The translations under genes were made by a program, and so were the position numbers. A DNA stretch of 64,000 nucleotides from Vampirovibrionaceae bacterium NZW_1234 (lineage in GTDB: Bacteria; Cyanobacteriota; Vampirovibrionia; Vampirovibrionales; JAGQHJ01). Within the stretch, counting starts at the first letter, position 1. Each line of letters starts with the position of its first letter. Positions 40,366 through 51,333 of this stretch are shown here, in pieces. Location: NCBI GenBank assembly GCA_041697335.1, contig JBGUGD010000014.1, positions 1 through 64,000 of the forward strand, written 5' to 3'. The notes under the pieces were generated by a model. It made no database searches, was not told where the DNA came from, and saw nothing but the letters and a program-made list of their open reading frames with translations.

Positions 40366-41880
40366 TTAATCAAAAAGGGCGTCAAACATATCCGAAATTT
40401 CGGAGAAAAACCCGCCCATTGCTGAACTACTTTTCTTATCGTCAAGCATATCCATCAACATGACTGTGGTCATCATATCGTTCCCACTTCTGCTCGAACT
40501 CTGAGGCCGGTATTGAGGACGTGGTTGTGGACGGGCCCCCTGGGCTGATGCTGGCCGTGCCCGTCTTGGACGAGATGGAGCAGAAGCCGGCTGGCTCGGG
40601 GTATTCATCAACATCATCAACAACAACAATTCAGTGTCGTCATCACCTTTTTTCTTGCTGGTACCGCTTGCACCCGTGGTGCCTACCGGGCCGGATGCGC
40701 CACTGGTACCAGTAGTGCCCGTCGTCCCGCCGGGACCCGATGTACCTGTTGCACCTGTGGTTCCCCCAGGGCCGGATGTGCCCGTAGCTCCAGTCGTTCC
40801 CCCTGGCCCCGATGTGCCTGTTGCACCCGTGGTTCCCCCAGGGCCGGATGCGCCACTGGTACCAGTAGTGCCCGTCGTCCCACCGGGGCCAGACGTTCCA
40901 CTAGAGCCGCTTGTCCCCGTGGGACCCGTGGTTCCGCTGGGACCGGTTACCCCATCAATGACGGCTGTGGGGTCATTCACCAATGGCAAGCCAGCTCTGG
41001 CTCTTAAATCGTTAATGGTCTCATGCGTCGGGGTATCATCCATGTACCATATGGTCAGATTGACGCCATTTTTCACAGTGACTTCATCACCACTGGACCG
41101 ATCGGTGAGAATACAGTCCCCGTTGGCATCAAAGCGGACATCAATATCGGTGTCCATATAGATAACGTCGGCATTATCGGCACTATTAATAACCAGCCTG
41201 TTCTGCAGCCCCTGACTACTGGCTCCAGACTCCGTCATATCGATGCGATCAATATTATTGCCATTTAAATTCAGGTTAAATACGTTGTTTGCTGCGGTGG
41301 CCCCCAATCGAGTGAAAGTGTCCCGCTTCGACGCAGACGTATCGATATTTACCTGATTCTGGTTACCCAGGATGGACCAGCTGGGTGGGGACTGAAACAC
41401 AGTGGTATCCATGGTGGCATCTGCCTTTAAATTCAATGTATTCTGGTTACCCAGGACATCGATATACATCATGCCACTGCCATCCGTATTTAAAGTGTTT
41501 CCAGTACCGGATAGCGAAACAGAACTGCCAAAATTCCCGAGATTCGAAAAGGTCAACGTATTGTTATTGCTGTTCTCCCGCAGGTCAATTCCCTTAAACG
41601 TGCCCGATACGTTAAACCTATTATTCTGCACACTGGCAAAATGAAAGTAGGCATAGGTAGAATCACCGGAAATATTAACCTGATTATTATTGAACTGATA
41701 GTTGAGGGTTGAAAACGGAAATTCCTGAGATTGGCTGCTGCCAAAGTACATGGCACCTAGTTGCTGTTCCTGGATGGATGTCAAATCAAAGGTCTGCCCA
41801 ACAGCATCCATAAACTGCCTGCCATGGGCTACAGGTAAATTATTGCTCAAGAAAAACCGGATAAAATCTGAATTCGACAT
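40366..41880 (-). CDS. collagen-like repeat protein with Asn/Gly-rich beta-helix-like N-domain
   Basis: 33 Gly-X-Y triplets (40657-40953); repeated G..N.L/V strands; Met-rich hydrophobic C-terminal segments. Confidence 0.8.
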   Translation of the reverse strand: MSNSDFIRFFLSNNLPVAHGRQFMDAVGQTFDLTSIQEQQLGAMYFGSSQSQEFPFSTLNYQFNNNQVNISGDSTYAYFHFASVQNNRFNVSGTFKGIDLRENSNNNTLTFSNLGNFGSSVSLSGTGNTLNTDGSGMMYIDVLGNQNTLNLKADATMDTTVFQSPPSWSILGNQNQVNIDTSASKRDTFTRLGATAANNVFNLNLNGNNIDRIDMTESGASSQGLQNRLVINSADNADVIYMDTDIDVRFDANGDCILTDRSSGDEVTVKNGVNLTIWYMDDTPTHETINDLRARAGLPLVNDPTAVIDGVTGPSGTTGPTGTSGSSGTSGPGGTTGTTGTSGASGPGGTTGATGTSGPGGTTGATGTSGPGGTTGATGTSGPGGTTGTTGTSGASGPVGTTGASGTSKKKGDDDTELLLLMMLMNTPSQPASAPSRPRRARPASAQGARPQPRPQYRPQSSSRSGNDMMTTVMLMDMLDDKKSSSAMGGFFSEISDMFDALFD

Positions 41881-42063
41881 CTCTTCGCTTCTCTTTACTC
41901 TCCGTTTTCCAGCCGAGTAACATCGGCATGCAGATCCCAAAAATAACGACCTACATGAATAAAAACCAGAGATATCAAAAAATTGCCTTATTATATCATT
42001 CAGATTTACAAATTTTCAAAACCGCCCCTTCATTGGCAGACATTCGCACTCATCTCGGGATGA

Positions 42064-43164
42064 TTAATCCCGAATCGGTGTTTTGGGAATGATCACTTTG
42101 GGCATCAAAGCGCTGCCACGAACCACCTGGTTCTTGCCTTGTTTTTTCGCTTCATACAAGGCCTTATCTGCCAGCTCTACCAACTCGAATGCGGTATGAT
42201 GCCGAGGATCCAGTTGGGCAACCCCAACACTAATGGTGATGGTTAAAGGGTTTTCAGGCAGGCAAAACACGGTCTGAGACACCAAGAGACGGATCCGCTC
42301 CAGTAATTCATAGGCTTCGGTTTCACGCGTCTCGGGCAAAATCAGGGCAAATTCTTCCCCGCCATAGCGAGCCGCCAAGTCGGACTCACGGATATTGTTA
42401 CGAATCAGGCGCCCCAACTCTCTCAGGATTCTATCACCTACCGGATGGCCATAGAAGTCATTGAGCCGCTTAAAGTCATCCAGGTCAAACAACGCCAAGG
42501 TTAAAGGTGCTTCATGGCGCCGGGCACGGGCAATTTCCTCATGAAGACGACTGTTAAACTGCCGCCGGTTGGTTAACCCTGTCAAGGCATCGGTTGCAGC
42601 CATCGATTGAAGCTTACCCACTTGTGTCGAGTGGGAGCGCAACAACGACGAGAGCATCAATCCATAAGCATACAGGCAGGCGCCCCAAGCCACCGCTGTC
42701 ACAATCATCTCGGCTAGCCCCAAGGTAAAAGACCTCGGGTAAGACAATGGAATACTGCCCAGCAACAGGACCCCGTGCCAGGCCATCAGTATCTTACTGA
42801 GCTTGGTCTGGCCTAAAAACTGGGCCTGCAGCACCGCAAAAAGCCCAAAGGAATAGACCAAAAAACTGCCTGTTAACAGGTAATTGATGGTTGTATAAAG
42901 CGCCAAAACAACGGGAATAAAGACACTTAAATGCAAAACAGTCTGAAGTTCAGCATCTCGAAGGCGCTTGACAACTTTGAGTAAAAATTCATTGCCCATT
43001 AAAAAGCCAAAATGGACCACCGCCAAACTCATTAAAATGGCTTTCCCACCCCAACCCGGATGATGCCACATCTGCGCAACAGTCAGCCCCACCAGAGTCA
43101 ACACCAATAGGCGATTAAAGCGGAAAATCGACTTAAATTGTGTTTCCACCATGGCAAGCATCAC
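42064..43164 (-). CDS. membrane diguanylate cyclase
   Basis: D.LTGL.NRR, DLDDFK.LND..GH..GD, RESD (I-site), RYGGEEF. Confidence 0.94.
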   Translation of the reverse strand: MMLAMVETQFKSIFRFNRLLVLTLVGLTVAQMWHHPGWGGKAILMSLAVVHFGFLMGNEFLLKVVKRLRDAELQTVLHLSVFIPVVLALYTTINYLLTGSFLVYSFGLFAVLQAQFLGQTKLSKILMAWHGVLLLGSIPLSYPRSFTLGLAEMIVTAVAWGACLYAYGLMLSSLLRSHSTQVGKLQSMAATDALTGLTNRRQFNSRLHEEIARARRHEAPLTLALFDLDDFKRLNDFYGHPVGDRILRELGRLIRNNIRESDLAARYGGEEFALILPETRETEAYELLERIRLLVSQTVFCLPENPLTITISVGVAQLDPRHHTAFELVELADKALYEAKKQGKNQVVRGSALMPKVIIPKTPIRD

Positions 43165-43194
43165 CCCAGGTTGTTGGTCTTGGCATCCAGGAAA

Positions 43195-44523
43195 TTATAC
43201 TACGTCTTCCCAGCCGTCACCACCGGCCAGCATTTCACGGTTCAATTCGCCTTCACTGGCGGCAACAACGGTGGCAACCACACAATCATCCATCACATTC
43301 ACCGTCGTCCGGCACATATCCATAATCCGATCGACGGCCCAAAGCAAGGACAAGCCCTCCATCACCTGATCCGGACGAAAACCACCGATGCCATTCAGAA
43401 TGACGGCCATGGTAATCATCCCGGCTGCGGGTACCCCGGCCGCTCCAATGGAGGCAATAATCGAGAGAATAATGATGGCCACAATGGTGGTGAAATCCAG
43501 GGGAATATGATAGAGCTGCGCCAAAAACATAACAGAGATCACTTCGAACATCGTGGTCCCGTTCATATTCATACTAACCCCGGCCGGAAGCACAAAACTG
43601 GCAATGCGATTTGAGACCCCGGCTCGCCGTTCGATACAGGCCAGGGTAACCGGCAACGTGGCCGAACTGGAGGCTGTTCCAAAAGCCACCAGGATGGCTT
43701 CGGAAATGGCCCGGTACAGATCCATAAAATTCACCCGGGCCAGGACATACAGCAGCACCGGGTAGACAAGCACAATCTGCAACATCAGGGCCAGCAACAA
43801 TGCCCCCATGTAGGGCATCATCTCGGTAAACAACTTGGTTCCACCGTGAGAGACGGCTGTAAACGTCAGTGCGAAGACCCCTGGGACAGCAAAAATCATA
43901 ACCCAGTCGACAATTTTCATGGTGGCCGCAAAGACCCCTTCAAAAAAGGCAATGAAGGGACGAGCCGTGTCGCCAATGAAGGACATGGCCGAGCCAAACA
44001 GCAGAGTGAACACGATAACCGGAACCAGGTCCCGTTTGGCCAGAGATTCAAAAGGGTTCTGCGGAATCAGGTTGAGCAAGACATCCTTTAATGAGCGAAT
44101 ATGCCCGGCATCCGTCGGCATAAAAGGATTAATGCCGGTGACAATATGAAATTCCTTGGGGAAATTTGCCCCGGGTGCCACATAATAAGCAATCAAGGCA
44201 GCAACAGATGCTGAAATGGTCATGGTCAAGGCAAACAGGGCGATGGTTTTAAAACCAATTTTGCCAAGCTGCCGTCCATCTCCCAGAGAGCTCATCCCAA
44301 TAATCAGAGAGCTGATAATCAGCGGAATGGCCAACATCGCCACAAGACGAATAAACATCTGCCCGACCAGTTCAAAGGCCTGATGGGCAAATGTGGGATG
44401 CTCGGGATTATAAGGTAACCATGCGCCCAGCACGACACCCAATAAAATGGCAATGAAAATATGCCAATGACGCTTGGTGCCAAGCCCCAGCGCAACGAGA
44501 ATCATCAATAAATTCCGCATCAA
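43195..44523 (-). CDS. dicarboxylate/amino acid:cation symporter (GltP-like)
   Basis: AFGTASSSATLP, NMNGT, ASIGAAGVP, DRIMDMCRTTVNV. Confidence 0.94.
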   Translation of the reverse strand: MMRNLLMILVALGLGTKRHWHIFIAILLGVVLGAWLPYNPEHPTFAHQAFELVGQMFIRLVAMLAIPLIISSLIIGMSSLGDGRQLGKIGFKTIALFALTMTISASVAALIAYYVAPGANFPKEFHIVTGINPFMPTDAGHIRSLKDVLLNLIPQNPFESLAKRDLVPVIVFTLLFGSAMSFIGDTARPFIAFFEGVFAATMKIVDWVMIFAVPGVFALTFTAVSHGGTKLFTEMMPYMGALLLALMLQIVLVYPVLLYVLARVNFMDLYRAISEAILVAFGTASSSATLPVTLACIERRAGVSNRIASFVLPAGVSMNMNGTTMFEVISVMFLAQLYHIPLDFTTIVAIIILSIIASIGAAGVPAAGMITMAVILNGIGGFRPDQVMEGLSLLWAVDRIMDMCRTTVNVMDDCVVATVVAASEGELNREMLAGGDGWEDVV

Positions 44524-44624
44524 CTCGTCCGATTTTCCACTACATCAACTGCTTTCCATTATAAGAAGGTTTGAGGCAATGGGGAATCCGTCGATGCGGA
44601 ATTTACTCTTTTAGAATGACAAAC

Positions 44625-44843
44625 TTATTGCCAAGCGTCTTTGCGGCGAACCCCCTTCATTTGCTTAGCACGCTTGTGTGTTTTGTTGTACAGCTTCGAC
44701 AAAGCTTCATGGGCGTCTTCTAAGAATTCAGTATTGACGGGGGCATCATCCATCTCCACCAAATCAGACATATGACCCATCCGGGGGTTATTCGACACTT
44801 CATATGCCTGATCGTCCCAAATATTGCGCCGTCGCTTAGTCAC
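44625..44843 (-). CDS. small hypothetical protein
   Basis: 72 aa; AGGAG RBS; sigma-28-like promoter upstream. Confidence 0.65.
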   Translation of the reverse strand: MTKRRRNIWDDQAYEVSNNPRMGHMSDLVEMDDAPVNTEFLEDAHEALSKLYNKTHKRAKQMKGVRRKDAWQ

Positions 44844-44908
44844 GGGTACTATCTCCTATTCATTCGATTGTTTGACTTCGAGGAATCACTCACAGTGATC
44901 TACCCCCC

Positions 44909-44936
44909 ATATCGTCGAAACAGGGACCAAACTTTA
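44909..44936 (-). promoter_or_regulatory. candidate sigma-28 (FliA/SigD) promoter
   Basis: Minus strand TAAAGTTT-N12-GACGATAT, i.e. TAAA-N16-G(A)CGATAT. Confidence 0.5.
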
Positions 44937-44954
44937 GGGTTTTGCATATAAAAT

Positions 44955-45980
44955 TTATAGACAATTGATCTCTTTGGTCAGGTGACAGTGGGCCGAATGT
45001 CCCGGGAGGTAGTCTGTCATCTGGGGAATATCGTGAGAACATATTTCAATCTTATATGGACACCGCGTGTGGAAGCGACATCCGGATGGAGGATTTGCCG
45101 GGGACGGTAGGTCACCTTCCAACAGCAAGCGTTTTGAGTAGTCGTAATTGGGATCGGGTACGGCTACGGCGCTTAACAAAGCCTTTGTATACGGATGCAG
45201 TGGCCGATCGTACAATTCACCAGCCTTAGCCACTTCCACCACTTCACCCAGGTACATCACCGCCACCCGATCGCTAATATACTCAACCACACTCAAATTA
45301 TGAGCAATGAACAAGTAGGTCAGGCCGAATTCTTTTTTCAAATCCATCATCAGATTCAGAATTTGAGCTTGAACACTAACGTCCAAAGCACTGACAGGCT
45401 CATCAGCGACAATAAATTTGGGTTTCAAAGCCAATGCCCGGGCAATGCCCACGCGTTGTCGCTGCCCACCTGACAATTCATGAGGGTAACGACCATAGGC
45501 ATCCTTGGGCAAGCCTACCAAGTCTAACAAACGACGAACTTCATTTTGCAGGGCAACCCCACGGAAGACCCGATGAATGCGAAAGGGTTCGGCAATGGAA
45601 TCCCCGATAGACATCCGGGGGTCCAGGCTGGAATAGGGATTTTGAAAGACAATCTGCATATCCCGACGCCAGGCACGAAGCTCCCTGGGACTCAATTGGG
45701 TTAAATCCTGCCCTTCAAACAAAACCCGTCCAGACGTGGGGCGAAGCAACTGAAGGATGCATCGGCCCAAAGTCGACTTTCCACAACCGGACTCACCCAC
45801 CACACCCAACGTTTCCCCTTTATAGATGTCCAAAGAGACGTTGGTCACCGCCTGAATCTGCCCTACCGTCCGGTTAAAAAATCCTTTTCGTATGGGAAAT
45901 TCCTTGGTCACATTCTCCAGCCGGATCAGGGTCTCCTGCTGAGCACGGGATTGATTCTCGGTCGCCGCCTGTGTGGCCAT
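44955..45980 (-). CDS. oligopeptide/dipeptide ABC transporter ATPase (OppF/DppF-like)
   Basis: GESGCGKST, LSGGQRQR, ADEPVSALD, HPYT, PSPANPPSGCRFHTRCP. Confidence 0.95.
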   Translation of the reverse strand: MATQAATENQSRAQQETLIRLENVTKEFPIRKGFFNRTVGQIQAVTNVSLDIYKGETLGVVGESGCGKSTLGRCILQLLRPTSGRVLFEGQDLTQLSPRELRAWRRDMQIVFQNPYSSLDPRMSIGDSIAEPFRIHRVFRGVALQNEVRRLLDLVGLPKDAYGRYPHELSGGQRQRVGIARALALKPKFIVADEPVSALDVSVQAQILNLMMDLKKEFGLTYLFIAHNLSVVEYISDRVAVMYLGEVVEVAKAGELYDRPLHPYTKALLSAVAVPDPNYDYSKRLLLEGDLPSPANPPSGCRFHTRCPYKIEICSHDIPQMTDYLPGHSAHCHLTKEINCL

Positions 45981-46123
45981 CTTACCTCACTGATATAAGG
46001 GATGTCGCATCCTGCCTCGAACATCCCTATTGTATCGTATTTAGTCCGGTTGGCATAATAAACGACAAGGGCTAAGCCGACTTATATGTGCCTATCCCTA
46101 ACAGACTCCCGAGCCAGACACGC

Positions 46124-46465
46124 TTACCGATGAAAAGCAAAATACACGGCGCCAACCAGGCACAGGAACGACCACAGATGATTCCACCCCAGCTGTTCCT
46201 TAAAATACCAGGTTGTAAACCCGGCAAAAACCACCAAGGTAATACACTCTTGCAGCACTTTTAACTGGGACGGGCTCATCACACCATAACCAATGCGATT
46301 TGCCGGGACCTGGAAGCAGTACTCAAAAAAGGCCAGCCCCCAGCTCATTAGAATGGCCACTAACAGGGACCACTTGGGAAACTTTAAATGACTGTACCAG
46401 GCAAAGGTCATAAAAATATTCGCAATAATCAATAGAATCAGGGTCCAAAGTGGGATGCCAAACAT
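46124..46465 (-). CDS. DMT family protein (DUF486-like)
   Basis: NIFMTFAWY.HL, SW..AFFEY..QVPANRIG, QLK.LQE.ITL. Confidence 0.9.
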   Translation of the reverse strand: MFGIPLWTLILLIIANIFMTFAWYSHLKFPKWSLLVAILMSWGLAFFEYCFQVPANRIGYGVMSPSQLKVLQECITLVVFAGFTTWYFKEQLGWNHLWSFLCLVGAVYFAFHR

Positions 46466-46605
46466 AAACTACCCAAGCCACAATCCTAATGTTGATCATT
46501 TAATTATAAAGGACATTCAATAGGGGCAACACACTTGCCTTGCAGATGCCACATGTTTTTGGGATAGTGTCCTCCAAATAGCATCGGTTTTGGGAGTGAG
46601 ACATT

Positions 46606-47574
46606 ATGCCTTGGGATGTCACGGCATTACATTCTGCCAATAATAGTTGTTTTTATAGCCCTAAAACTCAAAATTTCACTCATAGCGTTCCCAGGATCGC
46701 TTCTAAACACGATGGGATTTATTTTGGAAAGGCAATAACCCTGATCCCCATCACACGCCTGGTCATTGATGGCAAGCCAACTCCCCAATCAGCGGAACAA
46801 AGCTTGCTTCTGGCTTTAAAACAGTGGCCCAAAGGAACACGTTCTACCTTTTTGATGACTCCAGGCGGTTTCCTAACCGTCCAGGCAGCCACAAATGTCT
46901 TTCGAAAAACCGGATGGGAAAGCCAACCCGTAGACTTGGCACGGGCCAAAAACCTGGCAGAGGAGGCTATTAAGACAACCCTGACACAGGAATTCTACCG
47001 CGCAGCTCAGTCCAAGATTCGTTACCTGACCCTGGGCGTGGATGTTGTGACAGATACGACCTTCAAGACACCTCATGCGGAACTGGTCGCCGTTGTTGAC
47101 ATTCAACAGCGAAAAATCGTCCACTGGACAGGGAAGTCTTATCCCCACAGTAAGCAGGAACACACGCTGGTCCACGAAACCAATCTCAACAGTCATCTCT
47201 TTACCACAGATACCCAAGACAAAGTGTTGATTTTGGGCTGCCACGACCTCAATCTGTTTAGCCCTCGCGCATTTCATAACCAAAGTCCCGGCAGCATGCG
47301 GCGTCGCAGGACCGAAGCTATGGAAACCACTGTGGCACCTCACCCGGATATCCGGTTCATTCTCCAACACCCACACGGCACAGATACCCCCAATATCTGG
47401 CGTGGTGCCTGGAGTGCCATCCAGCGTAAATTTCCCCATCTTACCGCCTGGGCCAGCGCCGTTGGCTATTTCAACTTCAATGGCGGCAAGCCAAGGCAGC
47501 CTCTGGCACGTGTTCTCACCCAAACCCGAGACAGCGCCCAGCACGTTCAGGACATCGTGGTGAAGCTCCCTTGA
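46606..47574 (+). CDS. hypothetical protein, carbon-nitrogen hydrolase-like fold
   Basis: FLMTPGGF, WTGKSYP, LILGCHDL; leader with IYFG. Confidence 0.55.
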   Translation: MPWDVTALHSANNSCFYSPKTQNFTHSVPRIASKHDGIYFGKAITLIPITRLVIDGKPTPQSAEQSLLLALKQWPKGTRSTFLMTPGGFLTVQAATNVFRKTGWESQPVDLARAKNLAEEAIKTTLTQEFYRAAQSKIRYLTLGVDVVTDTTFKTPHAELVAVVDIQQRKIVHWTGKSYPHSKQEHTLVHETNLNSHLFTTDTQDKVLILGCHDLNLFSPRAFHNQSPGSMRRRRTEAMETTVAPHPDIRFILQHPHGTDTPNIWRGAWSAIQRKFPHLTAWASAVGYFNFNGGKPRQPLARVLTQTRDSAQHVQDIVVKLP

Positions 47575-47639
47575 GGTTTCCAGCGTCTTATGGGATAGTC
47601 TAAACAAAGCGTTCACCCCAACCTCTGGAAAATGCCTCA

Positions 47640-48368
47640 ATGCCCTCAACTGTCCCAAAAGCTCAGACAATAGCCCCCTCCAAGTCACCGGACGTTATTT
47701 CAGGGATGTTCAACCGCATCGCCAAGACCTATGACTTGTTGAATGATTGCATGACCGGCGGCATGCACCGGATTTGGAAGCAACAAGCCTGCCAGGCTCT
47801 CCAACTAAAGCCAGGCCAGCGTGTTTTGGATGTGTGCACAGGCACCGGGGATTTGGCCTCCTATCTCAGCACCCTGGTTGGCCCTCAAGGCCAGGTGACC
47901 GGCATCGATTTTTCTGCCCAAATGCTGCATGTGGCCCGCAAACGCTTTGGACACATTCCCCAGATCGATTGGATCCAGGGCGACGCTCTGGCCTTGCCCT
48001 TTGAAGACAACTGTTTTGATGGATGCATCATTAGTTTTGGTTTACGCAATGTATCTTCCGTGGAACAAGCCTTGTCTGAAATGGCTCGTGTGACGCGCCC
48101 CGGCGGCTGGGTGATCAACCTGGATACCGCTTCGGACTGTAAAAATCCGTTATTTTGGCTTTATTTTTCAACCATCATGCCTCTTTTAGGCAAACTCCTT
48201 GCCCGGGATCAACAGGCCTACCAATACTTATGCCGATCGACCCAAAGTTTTGCCCCGCCGCCTCAGTTGGCCCAAACCCTCTCTGGCCTTGGGCTTCAGG
48301 ATGTCGAAATCGTTTACATGGGATTCGGTTCGGTATCCTATCAACGAGGCCAAAAGCCTTTAGCTTAA
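47640..48368 (+). CDS. ubiE: demethylmenaquinone/ubiquinone methyltransferase
   Basis: MF..IA..YD.LN, LDVCTGTGD, GDALALPF.D, FGLRNV, AYQYL..S. Confidence 0.93.
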   Translation: MPSTVPKAQTIAPSKSPDVISGMFNRIAKTYDLLNDCMTGGMHRIWKQQACQALQLKPGQRVLDVCTGTGDLASYLSTLVGPQGQVTGIDFSAQMLHVARKRFGHIPQIDWIQGDALALPFEDNCFDGCIISFGLRNVSSVEQALSEMARVTRPGGWVINLDTASDCKNPLFWLYFSTIMPLLGKLLARDQQAYQYLCRSTQSFAPPPQLAQTLSGLGLQDVEIVYMGFGSVSYQRGQKPLA

Positions 48369-48637
48369 AGCCTGATTTCTATAATGAATCACATTCACAA
48401 AGTATTTACCTGGACTTACAGGTTTAAAAAGCGGGCTTTTTTGGAATAATAGTAAAAACGACATTTACCTTCAACAAAAAGGACATCCCACAACCCATGA
48501 CAACAAAAGCACTGCCCTGAGGCCCAACTCAATCTGGATAGATATGGACAAAACGCGTCGAATTTCTCCAGCTTCTACAGCTAAAACCCGAAAAACCTCA
48601 CAGAGAAATGATTTCGCCAGATCGACGCAAGCAAAAA

Positions 48638-48702
48638 CGACGCGAACTCGACGCGATTTCAACGCTGTTTTGTCGATCAACCATCGATCAAACGTCGATC
48701 AA
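48638..48702. repeat. two sets of three direct repeats with 11-bp period
   Basis: CGACGCG/CGACGCG/CAACGCT at 48638, 48649, 48660; TCGATCAA at 48673, 48684, 48695. Confidence 0.75.
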
Positions 48703-48735
48703 TCCCACGCTTCCTCTCTGCCGGGTCCACGTTTT

Positions 48736-49050
48736 TCAGGAGGAAACCTCGTTAAACTGATGAGGCTTTATCTGGTGCAGCCAACGACCAAACTGCCACC
48801 GCTCATAGCTTTCGCAATAAAAATACAGGGTCTTCAACAGCGTGTCACCGGTCGAAGACTTACCAATAAACACCGGATGCCCTGCCAATTCAAATAATTC
48901 GATTTCCGTATGGATCACCTTGCTCACCTGGGTAGAGGGTGTTGGCTCAGCAAGGACGTTTAACAGCCAGGCATGAAGTATTTCGACAGCCGAGCTGTCC
49001 ATGTCTTCAAACTGGTCTTTTAAAACATCGCTAAAGGCTTCTAAAATCAT
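48736..49050 (-). CDS. hypothetical protein
   Basis: 104-aa ATG ORF, last gene of the rpe-directed run. Confidence 0.65.
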   Translation of the reverse strand: MILEAFSDVLKDQFEDMDSSAVEILHAWLLNVLAEPTPSTQVSKVIHTEIELFELAGHPVFIGKSSTGDTLLKTLYFYCESYERWQFGRWLHQIKPHQFNEVSS

Positions 49051-49100
49051 ACCGTTCTCTTACGCTCCCCCACCATCCAGGGGTCCATACGAATTAGACT

Positions 49101-49820
49101 CTATTGTACCAGACCGGGTTCCATAGGGACTGAATGATAGCAAACCCCACGGACACAATACTTCAGATGCACGACTTGCGGATGCACCGGATCTCCGGGC
49201 TCAACAACCAACTCCACAGTCGACTCCCCTTTTTTCAACTTCTTGAGTGGGGCCGACGAAGATTTGACAGGCAAAACCACCTCAATACTTCCCTTTTGTT
49301 TGACCACTAAGCAAACTTGGGCGCCTGCTCCGTCGTCTCGCCCTGAATCCTCTTGGGAGCCGATTTCCGGATACTGCTTTCGTTTCTTCGGCTTATCGCC
49401 ATCATCAGCGTGGGGTGTTCGAAAATGCTCTTTACCCGCTTCAAAACTTCGCACCGGAACTTCCGGCCGGGTTTTCTGCAAGTGCTTATTAATGGTTTCG
49501 TCAATAATATCCAACTTAACGTGGTGGTAGCCTGTCGGCAAGGTAATTTCTCCAACCTGAAGGGGTTGGTAAACCAAGAGCAAGGCATAGGGAGAATAAT
49601 GTTGCCGATAGTAATCCTGAAATTCTTTGAAGTCGGTATTTTCATATGGCGGGACCGGCAGCGGGTAAAACTCCCTTGGCGTCTTAACGGTTGATTTTCC
49701 CACAGTGCTTCGGGGATCAATAATATAGCTACTCTCATATTCAGCCCAGGCGGCCCATCCTGAGTTCAGGATCAGCACCAAGAATACAACCAAAGAAATT
49801 GGGCGAACTAGCCAGGGCAT
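49101..49820 (-). CDS. hypothetical exported protein
   Basis: Signal peptide ending AWA; start overlaps the rpe stop. Confidence 0.65.
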   Translation of the reverse strand: MPWLVRPISLVVFLVLILNSGWAAWAEYESSYIIDPRSTVGKSTVKTPREFYPLPVPPYENTDFKEFQDYYRQHYSPYALLLVYQPLQVGEITLPTGYHHVKLDIIDETINKHLQKTRPEVPVRSFEAGKEHFRTPHADDGDKPKKRKQYPEIGSQEDSGRDDGAGAQVCLVVKQKGSIEVVLPVKSSSAPLKKLKKGESTVELVVEPGDPVHPQVVHLKYCVRGVCYHSVPMEPGLVQ

Positions 49821-50500
49821 GGAGCAGGGTTTCCTTGCGGCCAACGCAATTGATCGATCACTGTTTTCATATCGACCGATGCGTTAAAAACTGCAGACCC
49901 CGCAACTAAAACCTGGGCTCCCGCGTCGCGGATGGCTTGGGCATTTTTGGGCGACACCCCGCCATCGACTTCGATAAAAATATTCCGCCCAGCCACCATG
50001 GCCTTTAAACGCCGGAGCTTGTCCAGGGTGGAGGGAATAAAAGATTGCCCGCCAAACCCGGGACTGACCGACATAATCAAGACCAGATCCACAATGTCGA
50101 GAACTTCTTCCAGGACCACCAAGGGCGTCGACGGGTTCAAAGAGACACCTGCCAGGGCCCCCAATTCTTTAATCTGATGCAAGGTCCGATTCAAATGGGG
50201 GCAAGCTTCGGCATGGACCGTAATCACGTCGGCTCCCGCTGCCTTGAAGTCCGCCAAATAGCGCTCAGGTTTCTCAATCATCAAATGCACATCAAAGGGA
50301 AGCTTGCTGTAATGGCGAAGGCTTTCAATGACCGGGGGTCCAATGGTCAGATTGGGCACAAAATGCCCATCCATCACATCCACATGAATCCAATCCGCCT
50401 GGGCGTCTTCGAGATCCCGCAAGGCCTCAGCCAGGCGAGCAAAATCTGCTGAAAGTATGGATGGTGAAACCAGCGGACGGTCCGTATAGGTCAGCGCCAT
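49808..50500 (-). CDS. rpe: ribulose-phosphate 3-epimerase
   Basis: [47 protein letters not shown]. Confidence 0.97.
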   Translation of the reverse strand: MALTYTDRPLVSPSILSADFARLAEALRDLEDAQADWIHVDVMDGHFVPNLTIGPPVIESLRHYSKLPFDVHLMIEKPERYLADFKAAGADVITVHAEACPHLNRTLHQIKELGALAGVSLNPSTPLVVLEEVLDIVDLVLIMSVSPGFGGQSFIPSTLDKLRRLKAMVAGRNIFIEVDGGVSPKNAQAIRDAGAQVLVAGSAVFNASVDMKTVIDQLRWPQGNPAPCPG

Positions 50501-50632
50501 GGAAAGCCCCTCGTCTTGTTGCCAATGCTCTTCGATTGTACCACTTGAAGGGTTTGATTCACACCTGAACAAAAGCGCCCCCAAATAGGCAGGCGCTTTT
50601 CCAAATCTCCACAGTAAACCGTGTACCCAAAT

Positions 50633-50869
50633 CTAGCCCATACCTAGCGTCCGTTTTTCTTGATCAGGATTCTGGTTCATCATGCCAAAGTTATCCGGCT
50701 TCTTATCGGACCAGCCAGCCACATAAGCCATTTGATCCTTGAAGCCCTTTTGACCCGGTAAATTTACATTCTCGGAATTTTGCGTCGATTGCGTATTATT
50801 TAAAAACGGATTTCCCGATACTGCCTTAGTCGGATCGAATCCCATTCTCATATGCCTTGCGTCCTCCAT
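50633..50869 (-). CDS. small hypothetical protein
   Basis: 78-aa Asn/Gln-rich ORF followed by a hairpin (50571-50600). Confidence 0.5.
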   Translation of the reverse strand: MEDARHMRMGFDPTKAVSGNPFLNNTQSTQNSENVNLPGQKGFKDQMAYVAGWSDKKPDNFGMMNQNPDQEKRTLGMG

Positions 50870-51333
50870 CTGCTAAAAAGTGTCTTAACGCTGACGTCTC
50901 TCAACCAATACCAGGAGCATCGTCTTGAATACGATTTTGGCCGATGTCCACTTGGTATTTGTATAAAAACAGATCACGCCAACCTTCGTGATACTCCAAG
51001 GCCCAATTTAATAGACTCTTTAGAATGATTAGGGCTCTAAAAAAGCCCCTTATTAAGGCAGTATCACTTCATCCGCTGATTTCTGCATCTCACCTCTTAA
51101 TAAAATGTCTCAACAGCGTCCAAAAAGTGCCTTTCAATTGACATCCTGGTTGATATCACAACCAATATCACAGCGTACACAATAATATATCTATTTTCCT
51201 CAAAGCTCAATATAGGTACTTTTTAGCAGATCATCAATGCTCTGCTGGGCCCGTGTAAAAATCAAAACGAGGTGCCTTGGACACCTCGTTTTGTTTACTT
51301 GGATTCATGTGATTTAATGGATACCCGAATTTG

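Noticed and set aside
40634..41161. Plus-strand (PVVP)n ORF and CRISPR-like periodicity
   Set aside because: Antisense of the collagen-like repeat; codon-phased with no unique spacers and no cas genes.
46873..47688. 271-aa minus-strand ORF
   Set aside because: Antisense shadow of 46606-47574 and the ubiE start; no motifs.
48544..48897. Plus-strand ORF containing PRFSG
   Set aside because: Runs through the DNA repeat array and overlaps a better minus-strand gene; likely spurious.
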